A stretch of 64,000 bases of DNA, taken from Lama guanicoe (Eukaryota). This document shows, piece by piece, positions 26,300 to 39,800 of the stretch. The notes below the pieces were generated by a model that was given only the letters and a program-made list of their open reading frames with translations, searched no databases and was not told the origin of the DNA. The position numbers and the translations under genes are program-made. The first letter of the stretch is position 1, and every line of letters begins with the position of its first letter. The stretch is from the NCBI GenBank assembly GCA_013239625.1, contig MU054400.1:1533146-1597145 (forward strand), in the 5' to 3' direction.

Positions 26300-28190
26300 C
26301 TCACTTTCCCTATTGCCCACACTGTCTTAGGTGTGACAGCAACCTTTCTTTTCTTAATATAGAAAGTCTTACCACATTGATGCTTCCTTTTCTCCACTAG
26401 CTACCAGCAAAGTGTCTGTGCTTTTCCCAAGGCCATCCCATGAACTTGGACATTCGCTCCCATCCTCTCACCTCTACACCACCACTTGGCTCCAGTTCTT
26501 CCCTTGCTCTCCAGCATGATCAGTTTATCCCTCTGCAGCTGCATCATTTATGTCAATATCCAACATGTTATGTCCCTCACCTTTGAAAAAAACCATCTCT
26601 GGGTCCCACTTCCTCTTAAAGCTGTATTCCTGTTTTCTGCACCTCTGTGGAACAGACCTCCTTGAAGGAACTGATTACACTTGCTGTCACCAATTGCTCT
26701 ACTTTCATTCTCTCTTAAATCCACTCCAGTCATGCCAACAGCTCCATCACACGTGAGTCTGTTCTTAAGGCCTTGAGTGAGCTCTGTGTTGCTAAATCTG
26801 GTGGTCAACTCTGCATCCTCATCTTGGCCAGTTCACAAGCTTTCATGGAGTTGATCACTTTCTCCTTGCAATATTTTCCCCTCTTAGCTGCCAGCGTGCC
26901 ACACTCTTCTGGACTTCCTCCTTCCTTCCTGGCTACTAATTCTCTGTCTCCTCTGCTTACTGCTTCCTCTTTCCCTCTCCAATTTCTTAACATTAAAATG
27001 TCCCAGAGCCCAGTCTTTAGATCTCTCCTTCTCTTATACTCATGCCTTTGGTGACCTTATCTGGTCTTTCATATCTATCTATCTTTCTCTTAATCATCTG
27101 TAGCCCGTACCTTCCCAGAGCACTATAAAGCTTCTGTGTTGAGAATAGACTGTATGGTTTCAGGAAGAAGCAGAGTGACTAGTTATGAAACTGTTGGAAT
27201 AATCACAGTAGCAGAGGAAGTGAGAAGGGGTCATGTTCTGGATTCATTTTGAAGGTAGGGACAACAGGATTTATGGATGGATCGGAAGCTGACTGTTAGA
27301 AACAAAAATCAAGGATGACACTAATATTTTTGGCCTGAACAACTGGCAAGGGAAAGGTGCCATTAACCGATGTGGGAAATACTGCGATTGGAGCAGGTCG
27401 GCATGTGTGATTGGGTGGTGGTGCTGGGACAGGGAATCAGGAGTTCACTTCTGAATTAAAATTGGACATCCAAGTGTGTATTTTGATTAGGCAGTTTGTG
27501 CATGGGAGGCTGTCTACCCCATAAGATAACAATCTCCACGGAGGCAAGGCCTGTGTCATGGTGACTGTTACGTCTGGCATGATTCCTGGCACACAGGAAG
27601 TACTCAAACATTTTAATTGTTGAATGCAAGATGCCTCTCAAGGTCATTTTTATTGTGACCCCTTTGTGTGCACCTGAAGTCCTCCTCATCAGCTGAGTAC
27701 TTCCTCCCGTGGAAGGCCCATATGACAGCACTCATCACAGCCATCACACTGATGTAATGATTCATCTGCCCCTCGTCCAGACTTTGGATTCAAGTACTGT
27801 TAAGGTATTGTTATGCAGCAGCCACTATTCTAAGCCCTGGGGATATGAGACACTATTGTAATATTCAGGAAAGAAAGGATGAGAAATTGAGCTATAAGCA
27901 GAGGCAGTAAAACTAGAGGAAAAGGGGAAACTTGATGTCAAAATTAGAACCCAGTGACTGACTTGATGTATGGCCTGAGCAAAAAGAGTAGATGTGTAGT
28001 GACATCCATTCCCTGACATTAGAGAACAGTTTGGTGGGGTGGAAAGTGTCTGGAAAATTGGAATTAATTTGCATTATCTTTGGACAACGGCTATTGGCTA
28101 TACAGTTGGAGCTCAGAGGAAAGGCTGGGCAGAGATGTGGCTTTGGGAATCAGCAGCACATTAACAGTAAATGAGACTTTGGGTATGGAT
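26300..28190. mobile_element. Cluster of degenerate LINE-2 fragments in both orientations
   Basis: L2-like phrases: gttgctaaatctggtggtcaactctgcatcctcatc; ggattcattttgaaggtagggacaacaggatt; ttggagctcagaggaaaggctgggc. Confidence 0.55.
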
Positions 28191-31100
28191 GTGCAGTTAA
28201 ACCCCTTTCTCAGATGAAGAAACTAGGGCTCATAAATGTTAAATAACTTGTCAACTGTCGGAGTTTGGCTTCTAACTCTGATGATTTTTTTTCCACATTC
28301 CATGCTTGTAACTTTGACCTTAAAATGTGTATCCTCTCCAAGGGTCATACATTTGGCCTGAAAATTGTAAAAACACATGCTCGAGGATTTTGTAATGCTT
28401 TCCTTGTGTTGTTGTTTCACTGCCCTTTGTTCACGTTTATCGTCTTTCTCTGAAATCATTCTTTGGCCACTTCAGCCAGAAGTTTCATTCCAAAGGGAAA
28501 AGACTGACCCAAATCTTTTACCCAGACTTAACCTTATACTGGGTGGAACAGGCACAGCCTTGATACGCTGTCCTGCATGGCTTCCTTAAGGGTCTAGGAT
28601 TCCAGTCTTCCTTCCAGGGAGACCAGTTCCTGCTCCAACTCAGTTAACAGAGAAGGTAGGACAGGGTCTGCTTATGCCTTCTCCGGAGGTCAAGGGAATC
28701 TGAGCATGATGGTCACTGTTAAGAGATCCATTCTGCAGCCAGGGCTGCTGGTGGTGGATCACCCATATGGTGGTGGTGCTGGGTGTGGGCGTAGGATGCA
28801 GGCTGACTGAAGAGGAAGCCAGAAAGAGTTCTAGGAATGTCTCAGGATGGCAAGTCATTCTAGAGGCTTCCTACAACAGTCTGTAGGTGGAACTTCATTT
28901 ACTCTGTGTGAGGGAGTGTGTAAACAATAGGTAACCTGGAGGGGCTTACATTTCTTTGCAGCTGCTTACAGGTCTCAGCTTGCTTCTCAGCCCCCTCTTG
29001 GGTTTCTCCACTTCATTCCAAAGGGTCCAGAGAATTTCACATAGTTACATTAATGATAAGCAGATATTGCTCTGAAAGAGCCAGTTATTGGACATCTTCA
29101 GAGAGAGGTAAAGGGGCCACTGCCCCTCTTCAGTTCTGAGCATTTTATCTGATTGTTAAAGACTCGTGTCATTAAATTCTAGATTCCTGGCCACTTTCTG
29201 TGTCTGGTTAATGGGACAGGACACTTTCCAAAAGCCTTAAAGTTTTCTTTGACAGTCAAAGTGAGTGGTTCTGGTGCTTTCTGAAATGCAGTGGGACGTA
29301 ATGGAGAAATGGGGAAGGATGACAGGAACCAAGGGCTGGGCTGGCCAGCTTGTATGATGCCTTCTTTGGCTGGGAAAAGGACAGGCAACAGGCCAATCCT
29401 GGGAGGGGATACAGCTGACTGAATTTAGCACCATATAATGTACATGAAATATATATAAATATCCATATATAAAATATATATTAAAATATACATGAATATT
29501 TGGGGAGGCAAGGCTGGTGGAAAGGAGGAAAGTGGAGAAGGATCCCCGGTGTAGGTTGTGTAGAAATGAGACACAGAAGCAGGGCTGAGTACAGGCTGCT
29601 GCCAGTAACTCGACCAGCTCAGACATGTTTCCAAAACTCCTTGTCTTTTTGGTTCTTTCTTAGAAGCTTCCATGTTAAACCCATGCTCTTTATCACACTA
29701 TGGGCAAGCAGTTTGAGATCTACTTACCTCCTTCCTCCAAAAGTACTTGGACCTTGGGTTGGCTTCCTGGCTCTAAGTTCCTTTGAGTGCAAAGCAAACT
29801 GGCTTTTCTCCCTTACATGCCCCAGACAGGAACATGTCAGCTTCTGCCCCAGGTACTCAGACCCCCATCTACACGCTCTCCCTCCCTGCTTCTCTCCCTG
29901 CCTACCCTTGGGGTGAAGGGCCAGCCCCTCTCCTTGTCTTACGGTGATTTTCACTCCAGGTGTCATTCATTCAGTGCAGCTAACAGGCAATGGAGGGTAC
30001 AGGCAAGAGATCTACAGCAGCTTCCCAGGTGAGTTCTTCAGAAAGCTCTAACCTATAACCAACAGGGAGTGGAGAGGGGAGATTCTATCAGTTGCTTTTG
30101 ACATTTGATTGTCATCCTGCTTTCTCATTGTTGCCTTCTGGAACAGCTATTTTTGGATACTGGACTTCCTTCCTTCCTCTTCTGGTTTCTCTTTCTCTGT
30201 TCTTTTCCTTGTGGAAGACTCCTCAATTTTGTCTTCCAAACTCTATATTGTTTACTTTTTTAAACTTCTGCTGTCATGTTTTTAATTTCTAAGAGCTTGT
30301 TTTCGCTCTATGAATATTCTTTATTGATAGCATCTTGTTCTTGTTTCATGGCTGCAATAGTTTTCTCTCTCTCTCTAAATATATTAATGATAGCTTTTTT
30401 CCCCTCTGCATAAGCTCTGTTTCCCCAAATTGGTATCTTTCTGTTTTATTTGGTGTCCATTTTCTTTGTTAGAACCTTTCCACAAATATCCTGTGATCCT
30501 TCAATTGTTCAGGGGAGCTAAAATCCTGATTGAAAGCTCTGAGTGATAGAAGCGACTTGCCAGCTTTGAACTGCACTGTAGGGTGATGGGGACAGGGTGC
30601 ATTTCTTGGAAAGAGGTCTTTCCTCTTAGCTGGTAAGTGGACTCCAGTTAAGTCTTTCAGTCTCTGGAAGATAAAGGCATCAATGTCCTGAAAGCTGAGT
30701 GGGTCATTTTAGCTTTTAGCACTGAGCACTCAGATTACATACTGTCACTTAACCCCCCTGCTTTTTGAATAGTACCAACGCACTCCAGTCTGCCTGGCAT
30801 AGCCCCCAATTGAGCGTCCCCCAGTTTTACTCCAGAAAATACATCTCCAGACTTTGGTAGTGGCATAGCATGGGAGAACAATGCTTAGGGATAAAGCTGT
30901 CTCTCAAACTGCTTTCACACCACCTTCCTTTATACTCTCAGTTCCAGTGGCACCTGCTTCTGCCAGTTCCTGAGCCTTTTGGGAAACCTGCAATGTAAAC
31001 CTAGATTGCTTTCAGCTTTCCCCCCACTATGGTTTAGGATTCAGCTTTCTTAGGTTGTTAACTCGGTTCCAAGTTTTCCATCTACTTTCTAGCTTTGTAA

Positions 31101-31698
31101 TTTTATTGCCATTGTCTTCTGTCTTTATGGATCTGTATCTTTATAGAAAAATCCATTTGACTCAGTTTCAGTGGGATTTTAGAGAGGAGAAAAATGATAT
31201 GCCACCTCACCCCAGAAAACATTCACTATTTCTTATTCTTAACCTTTATACTTTTCTTACTTCCTCCGCCCCTGTTCATGGCTATAAGAGGGGTGAGTAA
31301 ATCAGGCTAGTTTCAGAGCTGCAGTTACAAGGCAGGAGGTGGACAACAACAGATTTCTCCAAGGACTGCATTTTATCCTTAAACTTCAGCATATGTGATG
31401 GTCAAGAACCACTGGCCACGTGCATTCTTTTTCTGTGAGATTTAGCTTGCTAACAAATAAAACAGCATCTATGATGTTAGCACCATATTCTCCTTGCTTG
31501 GAGCCTGGCGGGGAGAGTGTCAGCAGTAAGGGGTAGTCAGGGGTGCAGGACCAAGCCCCTCTTCCCACAGTGAGCCTCCAGGCGGAAGCAGGCCTGAGCT
31601 GGAGCAGGGAGAGGACTAATACTGCTAAATCAAGCTTGGAGTTTTGATTACTATGTGGGAATTCTCTTCTGAATATCCTATGTTTGGAACTTCTAACC

Positions 31699-32186
31699 CA
31701 GGGTGGGGGTTCCTACTTGGGGCATGGACCCACTGGGTCTATGGGTAAAAAAATCTATATTTCTACCTTGGATGGGAAAAAAATTACATGTTTATTTTCA
31801 CTAAACTTTAATTAAAATTTAGTACTTCATTTACTATAAAATGCTGACAACAAACCCTGGTAGGATTATTGGTGTCTGTGACTGTGTCACCAGTAGAAAT
31901 CAGATATTTATAATTTGCATTAGATTCTTTGCAGATGTCTCAAAATCCCATTTGGCTTATCATGATGTCAAAATTATGGTGGCTAACAGACCTACCATCA
32001 GATTTTGTTGTTTAATGTGCTAATAAAATAGCACCAATAATGTTGAATATCATTTTGGGAATAGTCTTTCAATATCATTGGTTTCCTTTATAACCCTATG
32101 TATTTTATTTTATTCATTTAAAAACATTATTCCAAGGGGTTTCTGGGCTTCAGAGGAGTCTGTGGCATAAAAAATTTGAGACCCTG
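31699..32186. mobile_element. hAT-Charlie DNA transposon remnant (Charlie4a-like)
   Basis: CAGGG...CCCTG termini, internal ggggcatggaccc and ttggatgggaaaaaaattaca; ~490 bp. Confidence 0.6.
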
Positions 32187-33605
32187 ATCTAGAGGGATCA
32201 GAAATCATGAGGCTGCTGAAGTTTGCACCGGGAGTGGGGAAAGTTTACCCCTCCTCAGTGAGGTCTGAAGGGTGGCAGAAGACAGAAATGCCCTGGCGTG
32301 CCAGGCACACAGGTGAGCTGATCATACACGCAGTCTGACGAAGATGGGCACTGGGGGTCGAAATCTTTAGCTCAGACTCTGGGTTTGGGCATAGCTGCCG
32401 GGAGGAAACAGTCTCTGAACTGGGACATGCAGGGTGGACAGGAGCTGGGCAGGCAGATGCCACAAGCAGACAGAGTGGTGTTCCAGGCAGAATGCAGAGC
32501 CGAGTAGAGGGCTGGAGGGGAGGGAGCCAGGGATGTCGGAGGAACAGGGTTTCCTGTGCCTGACTGGGGACCTTGGGGTAGAGAAAGGTGGGGAGGAGGC
32601 AGAATGTGGACCTTCTTTATCTGTTTACAAGTTTGTTGTCAACCCCCACCAGAACGAAATCTGCTTGAGAGTTGGTCTTACCCACTCTGCACCCTCAGTG
32701 TCTAGGATCGTACCCAGGACATGGTCGGGCTCAATAAACCCAAATGAATGAGTGAGGGAACAGTTAGGAGGCAGATCACAGAGGGCCTGAGAGACCATGG
32801 TAAGAAGTTTTTTGGTTTTATCTAAGAGGTAAAATATCTGTTTCTGGAATGACTGAGCAAGAAGAGACAATATTTGTGGCAAATTAAAGAACATTAATTT
32901 TACTTCTAAAACCACACTGGAACTACTCATAAGACTCCCCCTGAAGAGCTCTTTATCCAGCTCTTGAGTTCTTCCTGGCTGCACAGCAATGGGAAGATGT
33001 GCTGGAAAACTAGGGCTGAAAAATTTTCAGAAAGCCAGAGTCCTAAGGACAGCATGAGACTCTACAAAAATGTATGTCAAATGCCCTGAAACGTGGTTCG
33101 TGCACTACCAGCCCAAGAGGTCACAAGTTAAAAGGCCTTACAGCTAAATTCCCACTCTATGGAAATTTAAGAAATACAAATTCACAAATAAACCCGATAC
33201 ACAGATGCAGAAAGAAAAATTTTAAACTGGGTAATTATTCCTAGAACATTGCACTTGAAGATTTATCTTACCCTGTAATTTCAAGTGGAAGCATTTGTGC
33301 CTATTTTCCATTTTCAGCCATGAAAACATATCTTAACATCTAGATCTGGAAAGAAAAGATGTTATTTTTAGTTTAAGGCTTGCAAAAACAATATGCTTTG
33401 CTGGGGATTCATTTCCATCTTGTGGACCCTTGGCTGTACCGCAGCACCGCCCACCACACATTCATTCTATTCTCCCTGAAGCCTGCTGCCCTGTCCAGTG
33501 TTTCAGAGGCACCGTTTCATGTAGGCACATCCTAGAACTAAAACTACTTCAGGGATGCCTGCAGCAAAGCTGAAGGAAACACCCAGAAAACCAAAGCAAG
33601 CATGC

Positions 33606-33611
33606 TTTATT
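33606..33611 (-). terminator. Probable RASEF polyadenylation signal AATAAA
   Basis: Plus-strand tttatt; on the minus strand it is followed by the U/GU-rich tract cttgctttggttttctgggtgtttcc. Confidence 0.65.
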
Positions 33612-35609
33612 GAATTGACAATGCAGAAAATATTTTTAGTTCCTTAGACATTTGCATTGCTATAGAAATTATAGTTTTGGGGATAATTATTAATGGAAGA
33701 GAAATAAACAGTATAAATGAAGTATAGCTGATACTATGAAAATGTAAACCATGAAAATCAAAATCAAAATAATTATTCAATACTTAGAGGCCTACTTAAT
33801 ATATACATGTGAAATTTCTTACACACATATACAATAAAAGCCCACAAAAACCATCACTCTGAAGCCAATCACTGTACAAATACGAAAATAAATCTTACCT
33901 CGATTTTAACTTCAGCAAGAGGGTTGTGCAGTTTGGCTTTATGCAAATCACATTCAGTATTAAATAAAATGTGACATATGTCATATAAAGCAGCAAGTGG
34001 AAAAAAATAAATTATGAAAATGCATGAGGCTAAAAGTTAACAATGAAAAATGTCTTCACGTCTAACGTTCTTTTCCATGATGAAACTAAAATACTATCCA
34101 ATGTGTCAGGATACATAAAAAAGAGTATAGAATAATTGTGATTTTAAAAGCTCTCAAAGGAAAAATTGAGACAAGATGAGTTACTTGCATAGACCTATGA
34201 AAATATATCAAATTAAGTCTAAGTTAAAAACATTAGATATTTTTGTTCTTACCAAAAATATACTTTAAATTTGAGAACACCTTCACGAAATTAAATGTTG
34301 GTAATAATCTTGATTTCTTAACAAGGCGACTGAAATAACTGTAAGTAGCCTTTTCTTTAAACAAGATTGCTAACCAGAGCTATAAGTCTCTCATTTAGAT
34401 TTTGTTGCAAAAGTATTATGACAGGTTTAAATAGTTAAAGATGATTGCTTTGTCTGTCAGAGGTGCCCATGTAATCTAATTAATTTAATCAACACACTCC
34501 AGAAGCAAAGACCAAGTTAACACTTCTGTACCAAAGGTATACTCTTATACACATATTGTAAGACAAATATAGACACTTTGGGGGAAAATAAATAAAGATG
34601 ACGCAATAACATTTATACTAACACAGTTTTGTTCAATTGCACCAAACACCTAAGCAGGAGTACCATATGTCAACACCTGGGTGTCCATTCTAACCTGCGC
34701 CTCACCATGATGGCACAGAAATAACGACCTCTCCTTCCCTGATTCAGTTTGACAACTCCCCACCTGCGAGGCATACTTTTTAGTTAAAAAGTTTAGAAAT
34801 TTTTTTTTTTCCTGGGATGAAAAAAACAAAACAGGAATCCATGGTAGAGCTGTTGAGGACAGAACCAACTTTCCAGTAAAAAATGCCTAGATCTCCTCAA
34901 CACAGAGAAGGCATGCTTTGAAAAGTTAAATGATGGTGTGGCTATTTATAATGTGTGTGTAATATATCTGGTCAATTTTCATTAAAAAAAAATAAAGCTT
35001 GGGGAATTTAAGATCTGATCAAAAAAATCATAAACAGGAGGAGAACTGCTACATGGAATTATTTTAATTCTACAAAAGAGATGTTTTTAGCTTATGTAGT
35101 ACAATAAATAAGAGCTATTATTTAAGTTATTCCAGCATGCTGCTTGGGGCCTGGTCCTATGAATCAAGGTAAATTCAAGTCTCTGGTTAGGAGGAACTTA
35201 GTTGGTGCAGGCCACTGAAAACCAAAAGCAAAAACTCACCCTGGGTTCAGGTGTTGACTCCTTTGGCTCTCGGAGACATTTCAGTGGGGAAGCCTGGGTG
35301 GCAGTACGGTTTCTAGGAGAGTAAGACTCAACAGGCCATTGGAGAGGATGGGTCACGAGTCACCTCAGACAAAGGACTTTGACTCACCTGTCCCCTAACC
35401 ACAACTCCTTCTCAGAAGAGATGATTTTCCAAAACCATACAACATTTCTTTCACTGTTCATTATTTAAGGAAGTGAATGCTGGCAACCAGGGAGTTAGGA
35501 GACTTGCGTGATGCTGGAGATTATGCTTTTAAACCAAGGGGACGTTCGAGCATGAGTATTTTCATTTGGCAAAATGTTAAATTGTTCTAGGTGTTAGTGT
35601 ATTTGTTAA

Positions 35610-35835
35610 ATGAGATGTAATTCACATACCATAAGATTCACTATTTAAAATATACAATTTAGTGGGTTTTTTAGTATATTCACAAAGTTGTGCAACATTA
35701 CCACAATACAAAAAAACAAACATTACCACAATACAATTCCAGAACATTCTCATCACCCCCCCGCAAAGAAACCACACATCCATTAGCAGTCACTCTCAGT
35801 TCCTCCCTTTCACCAGCCCCTGGCAATCACTTGCT
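35610..35835 (-). mobile_element. LINE-1 3' UTR fragment (L1MB-like) inside the RASEF 3' UTR
   Basis: gagatgtaattcacataccataagattcac...cccattagcagtcactc. Confidence 0.75.
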
Positions 35836-36755
35836 GGGGTTTTTTTTGTTTAAGTTAAGAATGACACCTTTCCTGGGCATGGTATTTTCAGTAGCATGTG
35901 TTTATGTGGTATATATATTTTCATTAGAACTTTTAACATTGAATTCAAACCATGGACTTTATACGTATTCTGAGATTATAAAATACCCTCTTATATACAA
36001 ACTATTTTTGTTGCAAAAATGCTTTTTTTCTTTATACATTAAAAAAAATAGATTTTCCTGTCTCCACTGGAGCTTAAAACATTATTTTTCCTCAATTTAA
36101 TTCTGTTCTTGTGTAAGAAAAATGAATACTCCAATATTTAAAAAGTGCAAGTGACCAGAGTCCTTATTAGCGGTGGCCCATCACGTGCTGCTTAGCACTG
36201 CTCGAAGAGCTGCAGAACCGAGAGGGCTGAGGCCTGAAAGGCCAAGCTGCTTGTCTTACAGATGGGGAAACGGATCTGATGTGGGCTGGTGACCTGTCCG
36301 AGACCACAAGGCTAGTTTACAGCAAAGCTAGGATGGTAACCATCTTTTTACCAGTTTTCTAGTGTTGCCAGTTGGAAGTAAATTTTGTAGGTTATCTACC
36401 AAGTCAGCTATCATATGAATCTAATATGTCAGTGAACTTCTTCTCTAGCTTTGATCTAAGCGTGCGTGTGTGTGTGTGTGTGTTTTACTACTTTAAAGAC
36501 ATTTATATGTTATCTGTTAAGACTCTGTAGGGACAAGACAGGTATATTTAACCAGGGGGCCCAAATCATTTACTGAAACATAGCAAAAGAAAAAAAAAAA
36601 GCCAACGTTCTGGAGGGACCCGAGAGCACGGTTTGGATTCCACATACTCTCCATTTGACAGTGTCTGCAGGATGCACCACTCTATGTCGGAAGCAAAGTC
36701 ACACACATTTGGTACTCTGGAAATGAAGGCTTCTTGGGCCAAGGATGTTCTGGAT

Positions 36756-36861
36756 TTAACCATTGCAACAATTCTTCATCTGGGTTGACTTTCTGGAACT
36801 GGTCCCACTCAGATTGGTAACAGATTTGCTGTCATCCTCATCAGTTCTTTTTTTCACTTCC
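36756..36861 (-). CDS. RASEF: RASEF last coding exon [34 protein letters not shown]
   Basis: ctgcag|GGAAGT ... GGT TAA; ends in the di-cysteine CCXX Rab geranylgeranylation motif. Confidence 0.96.
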
Positions 36862-39800
36862 CTGCAGAGAGAGAGAGACATAAAGACACAGGGAGGAAGA
36901 TTACTGAGGTATAAAACTGAACCACAAACAGTTCTGTAGAAATAAAACAGAACTGCTGAGCACTTGCTGTGTGCCATCCAGACTGTTCTAAATGCTTTGT
37001 AAGTGTTGACTTATTTAATCCTCAAGACAACTAGATGATTTTGTTGTGCCCCATTTTACATGAGAGGAAACGGAAGTTAAAAAAACACACATTAAAAAAC
37101 TTCCCGTAGGTCACACCGCTGGAGAAGGGGCAAAGTTGAGATTCCAACCACGCCAGAGCTCCAGCGCCTGCATTCTGAGCCCCAGGCCGCACCCTCATGC
37201 ACGCACACATACACACACACACGCCGCAATGCACACATGCCTACATGCACACGTGCACGCAGAGACACATGTGCACAGGCACGTACACTCATGTGCACAC
37301 TCACATGCACACACACAGACTACTCTTGGTAGAAAACTAATACAACTCACGTGACATTGCACAGCCTGTCTTACGTGCCCTGCTACCTCTACAGGCCTTT
37401 CATGCTGAGCACGCACAATAATGCAGTCATTATTGAACCTGAAAGCAAGTATTAAGGGAGAAAGATGGGAACCCATGTTGTTCACCTGACCTTCAGTTTC
37501 TTTAATCTACCAAAAATGCGGGTACACCCCATTTTATGGAAATCATGAAGATATAATTCCAAACATCTGAAAAAAGGATTATGGCAGGGAAATTTAAATT
37601 ACCTCACCAAAAGCTACCATATGCTTAACAACTACATCTTATTTTATTTTATTTATTTTATTATTTTTATTTTTGTTTTGTTTTCCTTGGGGGGGTGGTA
37701 ACTAGGCTTCTATTTATTTATGTTTAGTGGAAGTACTGGGATTGAACCCAGGACCTTGTGCATGCTAGGCACACACTCTACCACTGAGCTATGCCCTCCC
37801 CCAATACCTGCATTTTAAATGACTCAATCTTATGGACAGATTTACACCCAATGGGCTTAGTAATGGTGCTGAACTGATACATCAGCCCGAGCTTTTTGTG
37901 TTTTTCTCAGATTTCAGGCCATTGACTGATTTAATGCCTGTTGAACTTGAATCTATTGCAGAATGTTTAAAGCCTCTCTCGTGATGGTGAAGTTACTTAC
38001 CAGTGGACAATGGCTGGAATGAATGTCCTGTCAGCCCTACGGGGAAACTGCATTTCCAGGAGAAACTTATCCTGGATTGAGAGGTTTTCCAAGAAATAGC
38101 AGAGGAGTTCAGGTTGTTAACCAAACATTTATGGCCTCCCTTCAAAAACAAATTCTGTTTCACACAATGCAAATCCATAAACTCTTCTAGTTCCAAGTTT
38201 TATGCCATGACATGAAAGTGACCGGCCTGGGAATTATGAGATCTAAATCAAGAACTTACGTGTTCTGCATTATACATAACATTCTGAAGGTGATAAAACT
38301 TTCTTAAGTGGTAATTTTACCTGTGGAAACTATACCAGTTTCATTTAAGTCTTGGGTATTCCGACTAGCAAATCTGATAGCGCAGTATAAAGCAAATGAA
38401 ATTCTTTACATGTTTGCTTTATTTATAATTTTCACATTTAACACATTGTTAACATAACTAACCTGGAGGCCTCAAACCAGGCCATAATGCAATAACAATT
38501 TAAAAAGCTCCTTGATAAGTGATTCACAAAAAGTGCTTCTGCACACCTGTGTTTTCAGCAAAGCAGCTGCCCTGTAAACAGGGTGGCTACTGGGCTGACC
38601 CAACGCGCCAGCAAGAGCAGAAGGGGAGAGGCACAGGCGGCCTCAAGCTCTCTTATCTTTATGATACAATAAAGAGAATCGATTCTGCCCTCTGCGTGTG
38701 ACCGTGGCAATTTGGAGTCATTTAACTGTATCATGACCCCACAAGATAAGTCAGCGTTAAACAGTGATAACGTTACTCAGTGGAGTCCAAGCTGTTATAC
38801 AGAGAATCATAGGCTATCAGAACTAGAAAAGGCCTTTGGGGTCCTTTTCTTCGGCTCCTCCCTCGTTCTGCAGATCAGAGATGCTGAAGGAAGACAGGGA
38901 CGCAGTCAAGACTCCACAGCTGTTCGGGGTAGATTTAAGATTGGACCTTGAGCCTCCTGACAACACAGTCCTCCATATGCTGGGCAGAAGCCAACAGCCA
39001 CCCAGAGGGCCTGACCTGCAGCATCCTTTCCTGCTCAGGCGGGGCAGCAATTCAGCATGCCCTACCTAAGGCTGAGGTAGCGCTGAGCCCTCTGTTGTAC
39101 TAAAGATTCTTATAAAACCAGACTCTCACAAATGATCTGGAAAAGAACTACATGCCTAAAATTATGTTTTAGCTTTGTCAGCAATTAAAGATCACTGGCC
39201 TGGAGTTTATTAATGCACATTTTAATTCTCTCTCTCTCTGTTTTTTTTTGCTGTATTTAATCCCTTTAGACCAGCAAAGAATCATCTTTTCATTTGTGGC
39301 AGAAAACTAGGAAGAAGAAATAAATCTAAGGAAAAACATTGTTATTTCCTAAGAATACTGCAAGGATTAAAATACTCACAGTTAAATCTAAGTTCCTCAG
39401 TGATTCAATTTTCATTCTAATTCACATCTCCAAATATTATTTATGATTAACACCACTGCTTTAGCTTAATAATAACCTGGGTAATACTTTAAACAAGGTG
39501 GTTCCAACTGGCATGATACATAATTTACTTTGTGGAGTTTTTTTCTTTTACCTTGGAAAATGTCATAATAGATATTCATAATAGTCTCTTGTATTTAAAA
39601 TCTGGTTCCTGGAAGTGATTCACACATGTCAACTATTAGCTTTGTGGTGACATTTTGCAGAAATGTCAACGACACCTCAGATGCACCTGCTTTGTTTGGC
39701 AGTAAAGGTATCTTGCCAAAGTTCACAGTGAATAAGCAGTACTACCAGTTTTTATAAAAACTACATTTAATTGTTTCTCCAACCACTACTGAAAGATGAG

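Larger units (their letters stand above)
33585..36755 (-). other. RASEF: RASEF 3' UTR (~3.2 kb, AT-rich, with embedded L1/MIR fragments)
   Basis: AT-rich, mostly unique sequence running from the stop codon to a canonical AATAAA; the 3' end is approximate. Confidence 0.7.
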
